From Candidatus Pacearchaeota archaeon (GTDB lineage Archaea; Nanobdellota; Nanobdellia; Pacearchaeales; UBA284), in NCBI GenBank assembly GCA_038886195.1, contig JAVZYK010000001.1, forward strand, positions 5,356 to 67,460: DNA of 62,105 nt, read 5' to 3'. This document shows, piece after piece, positions 9,395 through 18,955 of the stretch. The position numbers were made by a program, and so were the translations under genes. Under the pieces are notes generated by a model, which was not told the DNA's origin, ran no database searches, and saw nothing but the letters and a program-made list of their open reading frames with translations. Positions within the stretch are counted from its first letter, which is position 1. Every line of letters starts with the position of its first letter.

Positions 9395-10192
9395 ATGAAA
9401 AATTTAATAAAAATATTGGGCATTTCATTAGCGATTGGGCTTTTGGGAATCGGAAAAACACAAGATTTGCAAGAAAGAAAAATAAAAAAATTTTATTTCG
9501 GAGAAGAAGTAATTAAAGACATCGTAACAATAGATCCTGAAAAAATTAAATTTTATTATGTAAAAAGCTCTTTTGATATTTTAAGCAAGAAAGTAAAGAT
9601 AGCAGATCCACATAACTATGCAGAGTATGTTTCAATGATAGACCCTAAAGGAGTGGCTGAATTGGCTTCTAAAATAGAGCCTAATAAAAACATTTTAGAA
9701 ACCGCCAAATTAGCTTATGATTTATTAAAAAGAGAACAAATAAAATATATTCCAGATCCTTGTATGTTTAAAAGTCCTTTAGAATTCTTGGCTCTTGAAG
9801 ATGAACTTAACAAAGTTGGAAAAAGTCCGATGGAAGCTTCTGTTAAAGATTATGTAAAGCATCCAGATCAAACTTTGAAAGACAAAGGTGGTGATTGTGA
9901 AGATTTATCTATTTTATACAGTTCATTACTTATTGCTAAAGGATTTCAGGCAGGTTTAATTGTATTTCAAAATCATGTTATGAGTATTTTCAAAATAGAC
10001 AAAAAAGAAATTGAAAAAAATAATTTAAAGAATTATTTAAAAGACAATGATGGAAATTTTTGGATTCCAATAGAGATTAGTTCTATCGAAGATAAAGATT
10101 TTCCAGAAGCTTTAGAAAAAGGCTTTATAAATTTTTTATGCGAATTTCCTTGTTATAGGATTGTATTTAATTCTTCTTATTTTGATAAGTGA
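9395..10192 (+). CDS. Secreted transglutaminase-like cysteine protease
   Basis: N-terminal signal peptide; GDCEDLSILYSSLL, NHVM and WIPIE give a Cys-His-acidic triad. Confidence 0.75.
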   Translation: MKNLIKILGISLAIGLLGIGKTQDLQERKIKKFYFGEEVIKDIVTIDPEKIKFYYVKSSFDILSKKVKIADPHNYAEYVSMIDPKGVAELASKIEPNKNILETAKLAYDLLKREQIKYIPDPCMFKSPLEFLALEDELNKVGKSPMEASVKDYVKHPDQTLKDKGGDCEDLSILYSSLLIAKGFQAGLIVFQNHVMSIFKIDKKEIEKNNLKNYLKDNDGNFWIPIEISSIEDKDFPEALEKGFINFLCEFPCYRIVFNSSYFDK

Positions 10193-10265
10193 ACATAAGA
10201 AATAAGAATAAAAACCAGAATAAAAATAAAAACCTTTTAAAATATGCTTGTTTTTAGTATTATAA

Positions 10266-10388
10266 CCCTGCGTAGCTCAACGGCGGAGCACTCGGCTGTA
10301 GTCTTTCACTTGCGTAATGCACGTGTTAGACAATCGCAGGTGTTCGGCAAAACCCGAGGGGTTGGCGGTTCGAATCCGCCCGCAGGGA
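10266..10388 (+). tRNA. tRNA-Tyr(GTA) with 51-nt intron at 37/38 (intron about 10302-10352)
   Basis: CCCTGCG...CTCGG-CT-GTA-G|intron|C-CCGAG...GGCGGTTCGAATCCGCC-CGCAGGGA; C1-G72 archaeal Tyr identity. Confidence 0.92.
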
Positions 10389-10397
10389 TTTTTTAAA

Positions 10398-10706
10398 ATG
10401 AAAGATTTGATTGAAAAGATAATATCTGAAATCCCTAAGGATGTAATTTCTTTAGAGATTGCAAAAGCTCGATCTGAACAAGACATTCTTTCTGATGTAA
10501 TTGTGCCAGGAATTTATATTAATGGCATTACAAAACAAGGAAAAAATTTTGAATTAGAATATTGGCAAGAATTTAAGCCAAAAAATTTCTTTGCCGAGTT
10601 GCTTGATCTCTATGATTATCAAAAGATTGAATTAGTTGCTAAAAACATAAAAGAATATTTTGAAAATAAGGGAATTAAAGTAAATATTAGAAATTTGACT
10701 TTTTAA
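10398..10706 (+). CDS. Hypothetical protein
   Basis: Start reassigned to ATG 10398 (MKDLIEK) downstream of tRNA-Tyr. Confidence 0.65.
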   Translation: MKDLIEKIISEIPKDVISLEIAKARSEQDILSDVIVPGIYINGITKQGKNFELEYWQEFKPKNFFAELLDLYDYQKIELVAKNIKEYFENKGIKVNIRNLTF

Positions 10707-10715
10707 AATCTGAAA

Positions 10716-11570
10716 ATGTTGCTAGAATCTTTAGTTGCACTGAGTTTTTTTTGTCAAAGTCAAGATTCAGTTAAACAAGAAGTTCAAAGAGTTCTTTGGT
10801 GGCCTTATTACGATATAAAAACTGAGGAGATAAAGAAAGAGCAAAAAATTGTTGCGCCAATTCCAATTTTGTGCTGTCATTGGGTTGTGCCAAAAGAACA
10901 CAAAGTTCTTAGCACTGCACGAAGATATGCGCAGACAATTGAAGAGTTTAGAACAACAATTAGAAATTACAAGAAAAAAGGATATGAATTTATAACTGTA
11001 ACAGAGCTTTACGATTTAATGTCAAACTATGATTCCACCAAAGTTAATAAAGAAGATACTTCCAAATATGTTTTAATAACAGTTGATGATGGTTTGAAAT
11101 GTTTTTATGATTATGCTTATCCTATATTGCTTGAAGAAAAGGTTAAAGCGACTTTGTTTATAGTTAATTCTTGTATTGAAGATAGCAATAATAAAGGCCC
11201 TTATCTTTCGTGGAAAAACATCAAGGAAATGTATGCTAGCGGTTTAGTTGATGTACAGAGCCACACTTATGATAGTCATGTCATTAAAGGTTACAACAAA
11301 TCTGCGGTTACTACTAAAGCGGCTAATGAAGATAGTTTAGAATATATGTTGAGAATTTTTACTGATTTCTTGAAATCCAAACAGGAAATTGAAAATAGAA
11401 TTGGAAATAAAGTAATTGCAATTGCATGGCCTTTTGGTTTAAGTAATGATGTTGCAAGAAGATTGGCTGCTTTGGCGGGTTACAAGTTATTTTTTACAGT
11501 TAACGGAGAGAATTTTAAATTAGGTAAAACCTATAAAGATATTCCTAGAAGAGAGGCCGTATTTAAGTAA
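10716..11570 (+). CDS. Polysaccharide deacetylase (CE4/NodB; PgaB/IcaB-like)
   Basis: PILCCH, ITVDDG, QSHTYDSH, AWPFG motifs; hydrophobic N-terminus. Confidence 0.88.
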   Translation: MLLESLVALSFFCQSQDSVKQEVQRVLWWPYYDIKTEEIKKEQKIVAPIPILCCHWVVPKEHKVLSTARRYAQTIEEFRTTIRNYKKKGYEFITVTELYDLMSNYDSTKVNKEDTSKYVLITVDDGLKCFYDYAYPILLEEKVKATLFIVNSCIEDSNNKGPYLSWKNIKEMYASGLVDVQSHTYDSHVIKGYNKSAVTTKAANEDSLEYMLRIFTDFLKSKQEIENRIGNKVIAIAWPFGLSNDVARRLAALAGYKLFFTVNGENFKLGKTYKDIPRREAVFK

Positions 11571-11586
11571 GTCTAAAAAGGTTATA

Positions 11587-11600
11587 GAAAGGTTTATAAA
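11587..11600 (+). promoter_or_regulatory. BRE/TATA promoter of psmB-aCPSF1
   Basis: GAAAGG-TTTATAAA in the intergenic region upstream of ATG 11656. Confidence 0.55.
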
Positions 11601-11655
11601 ATGAAATTATTTAGTTGTTTGTATATTCTAAAAGCATAATTTTTATTGTTAAAAG

Positions 11656-12321
11656 ATGGAAGAAGAATTGAAGAAAAACGTCGTTAGAACTGGAACTACG
11701 ACTGTAGGAATTGTATGTAAAGACGGAGTTGTTTTAGCTGCCGACAAAAGAGCAACAATGGGAGGTGATGGAGCATTGCTTATAGGTCATAAGAAATTCG
11801 ATAAGATTCTTTTTATTACAGATAAGATTGCTGCAACGACTGCAGGAAATGTTTCTGATATTCAGTTAATTGTAAAGTTAATTAAAGCTGAACTGAGATT
11901 GAAACAAATAAGAACAAAAATAGAACCAGGAGTAAAGGAAACAGCAAATCTTTTTGGAACGCTTACTTATGAAAATATAAGAAAATTTAGTCCAATAATA
12001 GGAATTTCTGCTTTTCTTGTTGGTGGCGTGGATAATAAAGGATTTTGGCTTTTCGAGATTGTTCCTGATGGAAGCGTTATGGAACACAAAGATTATGTTG
12101 CTGATGGTTCTGGAAGTGTTATTGCTTATGGTGTTTTAGAAGATGCTTATAAAGAAAATATGAGTATTGAAGAAGGAATTAAATTGGCTATAAGAGCAAT
12201 TAGCGCTGCAATGCAAAGAGATACTGCTTCTGGAAGTGGAATAGACGTTGTTGTAATTGACAAAAAGGGTGCAAGAAAAGTATTGGAAGAAGAAGTAAAA
12301 AGCGTGCTTGTAAAAAAGTAA
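11656..12321 (+). CDS. psmB: Proteasome beta subunit
   Basis: Propeptide then G|TTTVG catalytic Thr; AADKRAT, GSGS, RDTASG. Confidence 0.96.
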   Translation: MEEELKKNVVRTGTTTVGIVCKDGVVLAADKRATMGGDGALLIGHKKFDKILFITDKIAATTAGNVSDIQLIVKLIKAELRLKQIRTKIEPGVKETANLFGTLTYENIRKFSPIIGISAFLVGGVDNKGFWLFEIVPDGSVMEHKDYVADGSGSVIAYGVLEDAYKENMSIEEGIKLAIRAISAAMQRDTASGSGIDVVVIDKKGARKVLEEEVKSVLVKK

Positions 12322-12385
12322 TAAAAAATTCAAGATTGTTTTAGCAGATTCTGAAAATAAAAATATAAAAAAATAAAGTTAAAAA

Positions 12386-14275
12386 ATGCCAGATATTTTG
12401 AAAACGATTTTAAATGAATTGCCTAATAAGGTAATTGAGAATGCAAATTTCGAAGGAGCAAACATTGTTGTTTATACAAAAGATAAAGATTTTTTCCTTG
12501 AAGGAGAAACAAAAATTCGCGAAATCGTTAATAAAATAAAAAAAAGAATTGAACTAAGAGCAAGCAAGGAACTTCTTCTTGAACAAGAGAAAGCAAAAAA
12601 ATTTATTGAAGAAATTGTGCCGAAAGAAGCCGAAGTTCAAAATATTTTATTTGATGAAAATAGAAGTATTGTTGTACTAGAAGTGAAAAAGCCAGGAATA
12701 GCGATAGGTAAAGAAGGAGAGATTCTAAAAAAAATAAAAGAAAACACTTTTTGGATACCTCAAGTTTCTAGATGTCCAGCCATACAATCAAAAATTACCG
12801 AGGCTATAAGACACACTTTGTATGTAAAAGAAGATTATAGAAAAAAGTTTCTAAATGCGATAGGAAAAAGAATATATAAAGAATGGAGTCCAGAAAAAAA
12901 AGAAGAGTGGGTTAGAGTGACTTTTCTTGGAGCTGCTAGAGAAGTAGGTAGAAGTTGTATTTTTTTACAAACTCCAGAATCAAAAATTTTACTTGACTGT
13001 GGAATAAATATAGCAGCTCAAAATTCAGATAAATTTCCTTATTTCAATGTTCCAGAATTTGATCTGAAAGAATTAGATGCAGTAATTGTATCACACGCTC
13101 ATTTAGATCATAGTGGTTTGGTTCCTTTACTTTACAAGCTAGGTTATAGAGGACCTTGTTATATGACTGCTCCTACTAGAGATATAGCTGCCTTGTTGGC
13201 TTTAGATTTTATTGGTGTAAGTTACAAAAAAGCTGCCACACCTTTGTATAGAATTGCTGATATTAAAACAATGGTAAAACATAGTATTGAATTAAATTAT
13301 AATGAAGTTACTGACATTACGCCAGATGTTAGATTAACTTTTTATAATGCAGGCCACGCCCTTGGAAGTGCGATGATTCATCTAAATATTGGAAATGGTT
13401 TGCACAACCTGCTTTATACGGCAGACTTTAAATTTGCTCGCACTAGAGTGCTTGATTTGCCCACATGTAAGTTTCCAAGATTAGAGACCTTAATTATAGA
13501 AAGCACATATGGTAGCAAAAATAATGTTTTACCTCCAAGAAAGGAAGCGGAAGCAATTTTTTATGAGACTATTAAGAAAACCGCTGAGCGAAAAGGCAAG
13601 ATTCTTGTTCCTGTTTTGGGCGTAGGTAGAGCACAAGAAATTATGATGATTGTAGACGCTGGTGTAAAAGAAGGTTTAATTCCAAATGTTCCGATTTATG
13701 TAGATGGAATGGTGTGGGATATAACTGCAATCCATACAGCTTATCCTGAATTTCTTTCTCACAATTTAAGAACACAAATATTTCAAGATAAAAACCCCTT
13801 TACTAGCGAACTTTTCAGGAGAGTCGGTTCTCCTCAGGAACGTAAAGAAGTAGTTGAAGGAGGTCCTTGTATTATTTTAGCAACTAGCGGAATGTTGGTT
13901 GGCGGAGCATCTCAAGAATATTTTAGAGAATTAGCAGATAATAAAAGAAATACGATAGTATTTGTTAGCTATCAAGCTTCTGGAAGTTTAGGAAAACAAG
14001 TACAAGAAGGATTGAAAGAAGCTAAATTTAATGTTGAAGATAAGGAAGAAACAGTTCCAATAAATATGGAAGTTGTAACTATAGATGGTTTAACTGGACA
14101 TGCAGGTCGTAATGAACTTTTAAATTTTGTTAATAATTTAAGTCCGATGCCTCGTCGTATTATTGTACAGCACGGTGAACAGTCGAGATGTTTGGATTTG
14201 GCTTCAACTTTGTATAAATTACATAAAGTTGAAACTAATGTGCCTAGGAATATTGAAGCATTGAGACTTCGTTAA
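12386..14275 (+). CDS. fttA: KH-beta-CASP ribonuclease aCPSF1 (termination factor FttA)
   Basis: N-terminal KH region, HAHLDH, AGHALGS, ESTYG, GHAG, HGE; conserved position after psmB. Confidence 0.95.
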   Translation: MPDILKTILNELPNKVIENANFEGANIVVYTKDKDFFLEGETKIREIVNKIKKRIELRASKELLLEQEKAKKFIEEIVPKEAEVQNILFDENRSIVVLEVKKPGIAIGKEGEILKKIKENTFWIPQVSRCPAIQSKITEAIRHTLYVKEDYRKKFLNAIGKRIYKEWSPEKKEEWVRVTFLGAAREVGRSCIFLQTPESKILLDCGINIAAQNSDKFPYFNVPEFDLKELDAVIVSHAHLDHSGLVPLLYKLGYRGPCYMTAPTRDIAALLALDFIGVSYKKAATPLYRIADIKTMVKHSIELNYNEVTDITPDVRLTFYNAGHALGSAMIHLNIGNGLHNLLYTADFKFARTRVLDLPTCKFPRLETLIIESTYGSKNNVLPPRKEAEAIFYETIKKTAERKGKILVPVLGVGRAQEIMMIVDAGVKEGLIPNVPIYVDGMVWDITAIHTAYPEFLSHNLRTQIFQDKNPFTSELFRRVGSPQERKEVVEGGPCIILATSGMLVGGASQEYFRELADNKRNTIVFVSYQASGSLGKQVQEGLKEAKFNVEDKEETVPINMEVVTIDGLTGHAGRNELLNFVNNLSPMPRRIIVQHGEQSRCLDLASTLYKLHKVETNVPRNIEALRLR

Positions 14276-14296
14276 ATTTCATTTAAAATATAGTTC

Positions 14297-15265
14297 TTAT
14301 TCCTCTTTTGGTTTTTCTAAACACATTTTATGATATTTTTTCCAAAAATTAATTATTTCGTTTTGATAATATATTGTTTCTTTAATATACGGGATTCCTT
14401 TTACTTTAGAAACAGGTTCAGGACCGCAATTATAAGCAGAAATTCCCATTCTTACATCTCCTTCAAATTTTCTAAACATTAAAGCAAGATAATTTGCTCC
14501 TATTTGAATTGCTTTATCTAGAATAAAACGCTCATCAATTTCTTTTATAATACTGTCTGGTTTCCCTTTTACTTTGGATAATAGATCTTTTTTATAATAT
14601 GCAAATAAACTATCTGCTTTTTTTCTCTTTTTTTCATAATCTAAGTAAGTAATCTTGGCAAGTTCAAATTCTTTGCTTGTAAAAAGAGAAATAGCTCTTT
14701 TATATAATTCGTTCGCTTCTTTATTTAATATTTCTGCTTGTTTCAAATAACCAGGATAATAAACTTTAAGTTTATATCCTTGAGCTGTTGAAGGCATTAA
14801 TTGCGATGGACCTGCGGCGCCAACTCTAGATATAGCAAATCTTTCGAATCCTGATTCAGCCTTTATTTTTCCAAGCACAAGTACAGCATCAAGAGGAAAA
14901 ACATCTTTATTGGCTTCAATTGCTTCTTGCACTATAGGAATGTAATCTTTTGCTTTTGGATAATCTTTTGTTATTGCTTCTAAGTTTTTGTAATCAGGAG
15001 CTTCTTTAAATATAAAGAATTCTGAACCAATTGTTTCAGGTTCATTAGGTTTGAACCTGATTTGAAATAATGAATCTAAAATAAAATTTTTTAAGGAATC
15101 TGTTGAAATAGTTGAAGCATTTTCTTGTTTCGGTTTTTTTGATTCTTGATATTGTGCTGTTTTAATTATTGATAATGCTGAGCTTCCAAGCAAAGTTAAA
15201 CAAACTGAAACTTTCCAATAATTTTTTAAAAAAGCAGTTAAGTTTTGGGCAGCATTGTTTTTCAT
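14297..15265 (-). CDS. Secreted lytic transglycosylase (SLT/GH23 domain)
   Basis: KAESGF catalytic Glu, GAAGPSQLMPSTA, GANYL, AYNCGP, ETIYY; N-terminal hydrophobic anchor. Confidence 0.88.
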   Translation of the reverse strand: MKNNAAQNLTAFLKNYWKVSVCLTLLGSSALSIIKTAQYQESKKPKQENASTISTDSLKNFILDSLFQIRFKPNEPETIGSEFFIFKEAPDYKNLEAITKDYPKAKDYIPIVQEAIEANKDVFPLDAVLVLGKIKAESGFERFAISRVGAAGPSQLMPSTAQGYKLKVYYPGYLKQAEILNKEANELYKRAISLFTSKEFELAKITYLDYEKKRKKADSLFAYYKKDLLSKVKGKPDSIIKEIDERFILDKAIQIGANYLALMFRKFEGDVRMGISAYNCGPEPVSKVKGIPYIKETIYYQNEIINFWKKYHKMCLEKPKEE

Positions 15266-15376
15266 ATTTATTTAGAAATTTTTTATTTTAAATATTTTTC
15301 TAATTGTTGTCATTTTTAAATGACATCTTTCAGAAAGATTTATAAATACGAATAATTACTATTTATTGGTTAAAAA

Positions 15377-15865
15377 ATGAAAAAAACTTTGATATGGTTG
15401 GGAATAATTTTATCATTGATGGTTGTGATTTTTTTGTCATATTCTTTACTTTCTTCTGCCATTGAAAATCCATTTTCAACTTTAGGAACATTTAACGAAT
15501 TTTTTGATAAACCATCTCCAGCAAACTGGATTCAAGAAGACAAAATTATAATATATCCTGATAGAATCGTTATACTTATTCCTAATGCTACATTGAGCAG
15601 ATATGCTAATACAAAAAGTATGGATCCTGTTTTTGATTTCACTGCTAATGGAATTGAAATTAAACCCCAATCGCAACAAGACATTCATGTTGGCGATATT
15701 ATTACTTATAAAAAAGGTTCTGAGTTGATTGTGCACAGAGTTATTCAAATTGGAATTGATGAACAAGGATGGTTTTGCATTACTAAAGGCGATAATTCTT
15801 TACAAAATGATGGAAAAATAAGGTTCGAACAAATTAAATACGTTACTGTAGCTATAATTTATTAA
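15377..15865 (+). CDS. Signal peptidase I (S26, archaeal Ser-His type)
   Basis: TM helix; SMDP, GDIITY, IVHRV, TKGDN. Confidence 0.85.
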   Translation: MKKTLIWLGIILSLMVVIFLSYSLLSSAIENPFSTLGTFNEFFDKPSPANWIQEDKIIIYPDRIVILIPNATLSRYANTKSMDPVFDFTANGIEIKPQSQQDIHVGDIITYKKGSELIVHRVIQIGIDEQGWFCITKGDNSLQNDGKIRFEQIKYVTVAIIY

Positions 15866-15866
15866 A

Positions 15867-16118
15867 ATGAAAATCTTAAAGTTCTATTCGACAGAGCCTT
15901 TATTAAAAGATAGAGAATTTATTATTTATTTTTATAAGATGTCAAAAGAAGAAGGAAAGAAAAGCATAAAAATAATAAATGAGCTGACTGAAAATTTTTG
16001 TTATGATAGAGATTTTTGTAAAGAGCACAATATAGATTATTGCAATATAACTGGCAAAGATATTTTAAATATTAAAAGATATATTATTAGAACATTAAAG
16101 AAGTATGATTCAATATGA
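15867..16118 (+). CDS. Hypothetical protein
   Basis: 83-aa ORF abutting signal peptidase; ATGA overlap with next gene. Confidence 0.6.
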   Translation: MKILKFYSTEPLLKDREFIIYFYKMSKEEGKKSIKIINELTENFCYDRDFCKEHNIDYCNITGKDILNIKRYIIRTLKKYDSI

Positions 16119-16405
16119 ACAGAGCAGTTAATGATTCATTTAAAGATTTAATAGATTCCATTATTCTTCCATATCAAGTAACTCTTTTAGATAAAGTTAA
16201 GCTTGGCGCTCTTGAGAAAAAATTTGAGGAATTCAGTGAAGAAAACAAGGCGAAGGTTGTTAAAATAGCTGAAGAAATATTTGATTCAGAGATGCCAGCA
16301 AATGTTAAAGAAGGAAGATGGTATTATTGTTTGATGTATGGCGTAATTGAATTTTTACAAGAACAACAAAATAACTATCAAACTAAAGAGACAACCAGCA
16401 GTTAA
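16115..16405 (+). CDS. Hypothetical protein
   Basis: 96-aa ORF; 3' end overlaps the convergent presenilin gene. Confidence 0.6.
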   Translation: MNRAVNDSFKDLIDSIILPYQVTLLDKVKLGALEKKFEEFSEENKAKVVKIAEEIFDSEMPANVKEGRWYYCLMYGVIEFLQEQQNNYQTKETTSS

Positions 16406-17371
16406 AAAAGGCATTGCAGGATACATTTTGCCTCTTTCTGAAAATAAAAGCAACAGAGTTAGAGCCAAAGTTGTACAAAGAATTGTAATTATCGAAGCGA
16501 GTAAGCCATAAGCCATAAAAATAGTTCCAGCAAAAATCATTGGAAAAGCAACATCGCCACCACCTAGCGCGGCCAGATGCACTTTTACTTTTATTTTTTT
16601 CTCTTTAGTTTTTTTACCTTGCTTTTTTGCTTTTTGATTAGCAATCCTTAATTTTTCTATTCGCGCTTTATCTTTTTCAGTTAGATAAGGTAAAAAAAAT
16701 CCAGTAAATGTTTTAAGATGTTTTATCTGAAATTTTGCCAAGTTCATCATAAATTTAGTTTTCCATACCGCTATTATATCATATATTGATATTGCAAGTA
16801 ATAAACTTAAAGCCGCTATAACATTCACAAGAGGTAGGAATATTATTGCTAGTCCTGGATAGATAAAAAGCTCTGTTATGTTATGAACTATTATGTTTCT
16901 CTTAATTATTTTATAAAAAGTAAGAATAAAAGCTAAAGGAACTGCCACTATTTCAGCAAGAGAAATGTTTTTGCCAAATAAAACAAAAAGATTTGTTCCT
17001 AAAATCGGATATATTAATAAAGTTATGGCCAGTGTTAAACAGATAAAAACTACAAATGAGAACCAAGCTTTAATCAGCAAAGTTATTCTTATTTTTGATA
17101 ACAAGAAGAAGAGAACTGAAGCTATAACTATTGCTATGATTATAGATACTATTATATTTAAAATATCTATGGGTTTTTTTAATTCCATTTCTGGTGGCAC
17201 TGTTTCTTTAACTATTGAAACTTCTGGTTGCACTAATTGTCCTTCTTGAACCTTTTGCTGCGCCGTTTTTCCAAAATAAGAATCGTAAGAATTAATGATA
17301 AAGATACCTATAAGTTGTGATATTAAGAACATTAATATTATCACTAAAGTTATTTTTAATGCATGTTTCAT
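16355..17371 (-). CDS. Presenilin/SPP-family intramembrane aspartyl protease
   Basis: YD (ISIYDIIAVW), LGGGD and PAMP motifs in a multi-TM protein. Confidence 0.92.
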   Translation of the reverse strand: MKHALKITLVIILMFLISQLIGIFIINSYDSYFGKTAQQKVQEGQLVQPEVSIVKETVPPEMELKKPIDILNIIVSIIIAIVIASVLFFLLSKIRITLLIKAWFSFVVFICLTLAITLLIYPILGTNLFVLFGKNISLAEIVAVPLAFILTFYKIIKRNIIVHNITELFIYPGLAIIFLPLVNVIAALSLLLAISIYDIIAVWKTKFMMNLAKFQIKHLKTFTGFFLPYLTEKDKARIEKLRIANQKAKKQGKKTKEKKIKVKVHLAALGGGDVAFPMIFAGTIFMAYGLLASIITILCTTLALTLLLLFSERGKMYPAMPFLTAGCLFSLIVILLFL

Positions 17372-17392
17372 AAGATATCTTAGAGAAAAAGC

Positions 17393-17400
17393 TTTATAAA
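17393..17400. promoter_or_regulatory. Centred palindromic TATA box of divergent presenilin/trpS promoter
   Basis: TTTATAAA at the exact centre of a 50-bp intergenic gap, BRE-like purine tracts on both strands. Confidence 0.55.
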
Positions 17401-17421
17401 ATCTTTTGTCTTGTTGCTTAA

Positions 17422-18564
17422 ATGGAAAAAGAGAAAAATGAATTAAGAATAACTCCTTACGAAGTCGTTGGAGTTGTAACTGAGAAAGATTATCAGTCTT
17501 TAATAAGAGAATTTGGGATTAGACCTTTAACATCGGAACTTTTGGAAAGAATAAAAAAGCATACAAAAGAATTACATTTTATGTTGCGTAGAGGCGTATT
17601 TTTTGCTCATCGTGATTTGGATTGGCTTCTTGATGAATATGAAAAAGGCAACGAATTTTTTCTTTATACTGGAAGAGCGCCTTCTGGTGAAACTCATATA
17701 GGTCATTTATTGCCATGGGTTCTTTGTAAATGGTTACAGGATAAATTTGATGTTGAAATGTGGTTTCAATTTCCCGATGAAGAAAAGTTTATGTTTCGTC
17801 CAGAATTAAGTTTTGACCAGGTTCAAAAATATACTTATGAAAATATGTTGGATGTAATTGCTTTAGGATTTAAACCTGGAAAGACCCATTTTTTAATAGA
17901 TACGAAACATGCCAACTTAATGTATAAAGAGGCATGTAAAGTTGCGAAGAAAATTACTTTTAGTACAGTTAAAGCAGTTTTTGGTTTTACCAATGAGACT
18001 AATATTGGATCTATATTTTACACAGCAATGCAATCAGTTCCCGCTTTCTTGCCTAGCGTGTTGAAAGGCAAAAACATTCCTTGTTTAATTCCTCTTGGAG
18101 TTGATCAAGATCCTCATTTTAGGATAACAAGAGATGTTTTGCCCAAACTTGGCTATTATAAACCTTCTATTTTGCATGCAAAGTTTTTATCTGGTTTGAA
18201 AGTTTATGGTGGTAAAATGTCTACAAGCGATCCTGATTCCACGATTTGGACAACTGATTCTCCAGAACAAGTTAAACAAAAAATAATGAAACACGCATTT
18301 AGCGGAGGACAAGGGACTGTTGAAAAGCATCGAAAACTTGGGGGCAATCCTGACATTGATGTTTCTTTCCAATGGCTTTACTATTTCTTTGAACCTGATG
18401 ATAAAAAAATAGAAGAAATTCGTGAAGATTATAAATCTGGCAAATTATTAACTTCTGAACTTAAAGCTTATCTTATAGATAAAATTAATGAATTCTTAAA
18501 AGAGCATCAAAAGAAGCGAGAACTTGCTAGAAAGCAGGTTGATAAATTTATTTTTAAGTCGTGA
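17422..18564 (+). CDS. trpS: Tryptophanyl-tRNA synthetase (archaeal/eukaryotic type)
   Basis: YTGRAPS..THIGH, GVDQDPHFR, KMSTS, HAFSGG. Confidence 0.96.
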   Translation: MEKEKNELRITPYEVVGVVTEKDYQSLIREFGIRPLTSELLERIKKHTKELHFMLRRGVFFAHRDLDWLLDEYEKGNEFFLYTGRAPSGETHIGHLLPWVLCKWLQDKFDVEMWFQFPDEEKFMFRPELSFDQVQKYTYENMLDVIALGFKPGKTHFLIDTKHANLMYKEACKVAKKITFSTVKAVFGFTNETNIGSIFYTAMQSVPAFLPSVLKGKNIPCLIPLGVDQDPHFRITRDVLPKLGYYKPSILHAKFLSGLKVYGGKMSTSDPDSTIWTTDSPEQVKQKIMKHAFSGGQGTVEKHRKLGGNPDIDVSFQWLYYFFEPDDKKIEEIREDYKSGKLLTSELKAYLIDKINEFLKEHQKKRELARKQVDKFIFKS

Positions 18565-18946
18565 TTTTTAAAATTTTCAATAATTCCTTTTTATTGGCGA
18601 TATACCGAATATATTTTTTATAATTCTTTGGATCTACCTTATAGATTTTAAATTTTCTTATTTGTTTTTTATAGGAATATTGTTGTCTAGGTCCTTTATT
18701 TGCCTTAACATTCACTTCGTACACATATCCTTTTCCTGGTTTTTTATTCCCTACTATTAATAATCTATTTGGGGTAACTGCAAAAACTGTTTTACCTTTC
18801 AATGTTTTTCCTATGGCATATAATGCTGCGTGCTTAAATGTTTTGCATAAAAATACAGCTTTTTGATTTTCAAATTCGCTTAATACTTTCCCTTGTCTTG
18901 GATTTAGAAATTTTAATTTTTTTGGAGAACCATGATATAATTTCAT
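18554..18946 (-). CDS. Basic protein with ADP-ribosyltransferase-like fold signature
   Basis: LYHGS ... AVFL ... A..YA ... GYVYEV strand pattern. Confidence 0.5.
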   Translation of the reverse strand: MKLYHGSPKKLKFLNPRQGKVLSEFENQKAVFLCKTFKHAALYAIGKTLKGKTVFAVTPNRLLIVGNKKPGKGYVYEVNVKANKGPRQQYSYKKQIRKFKIYKVDPKNYKKYIRYIANKKELLKILKITT

Positions 18947-18955
18947 TTATAAAAA

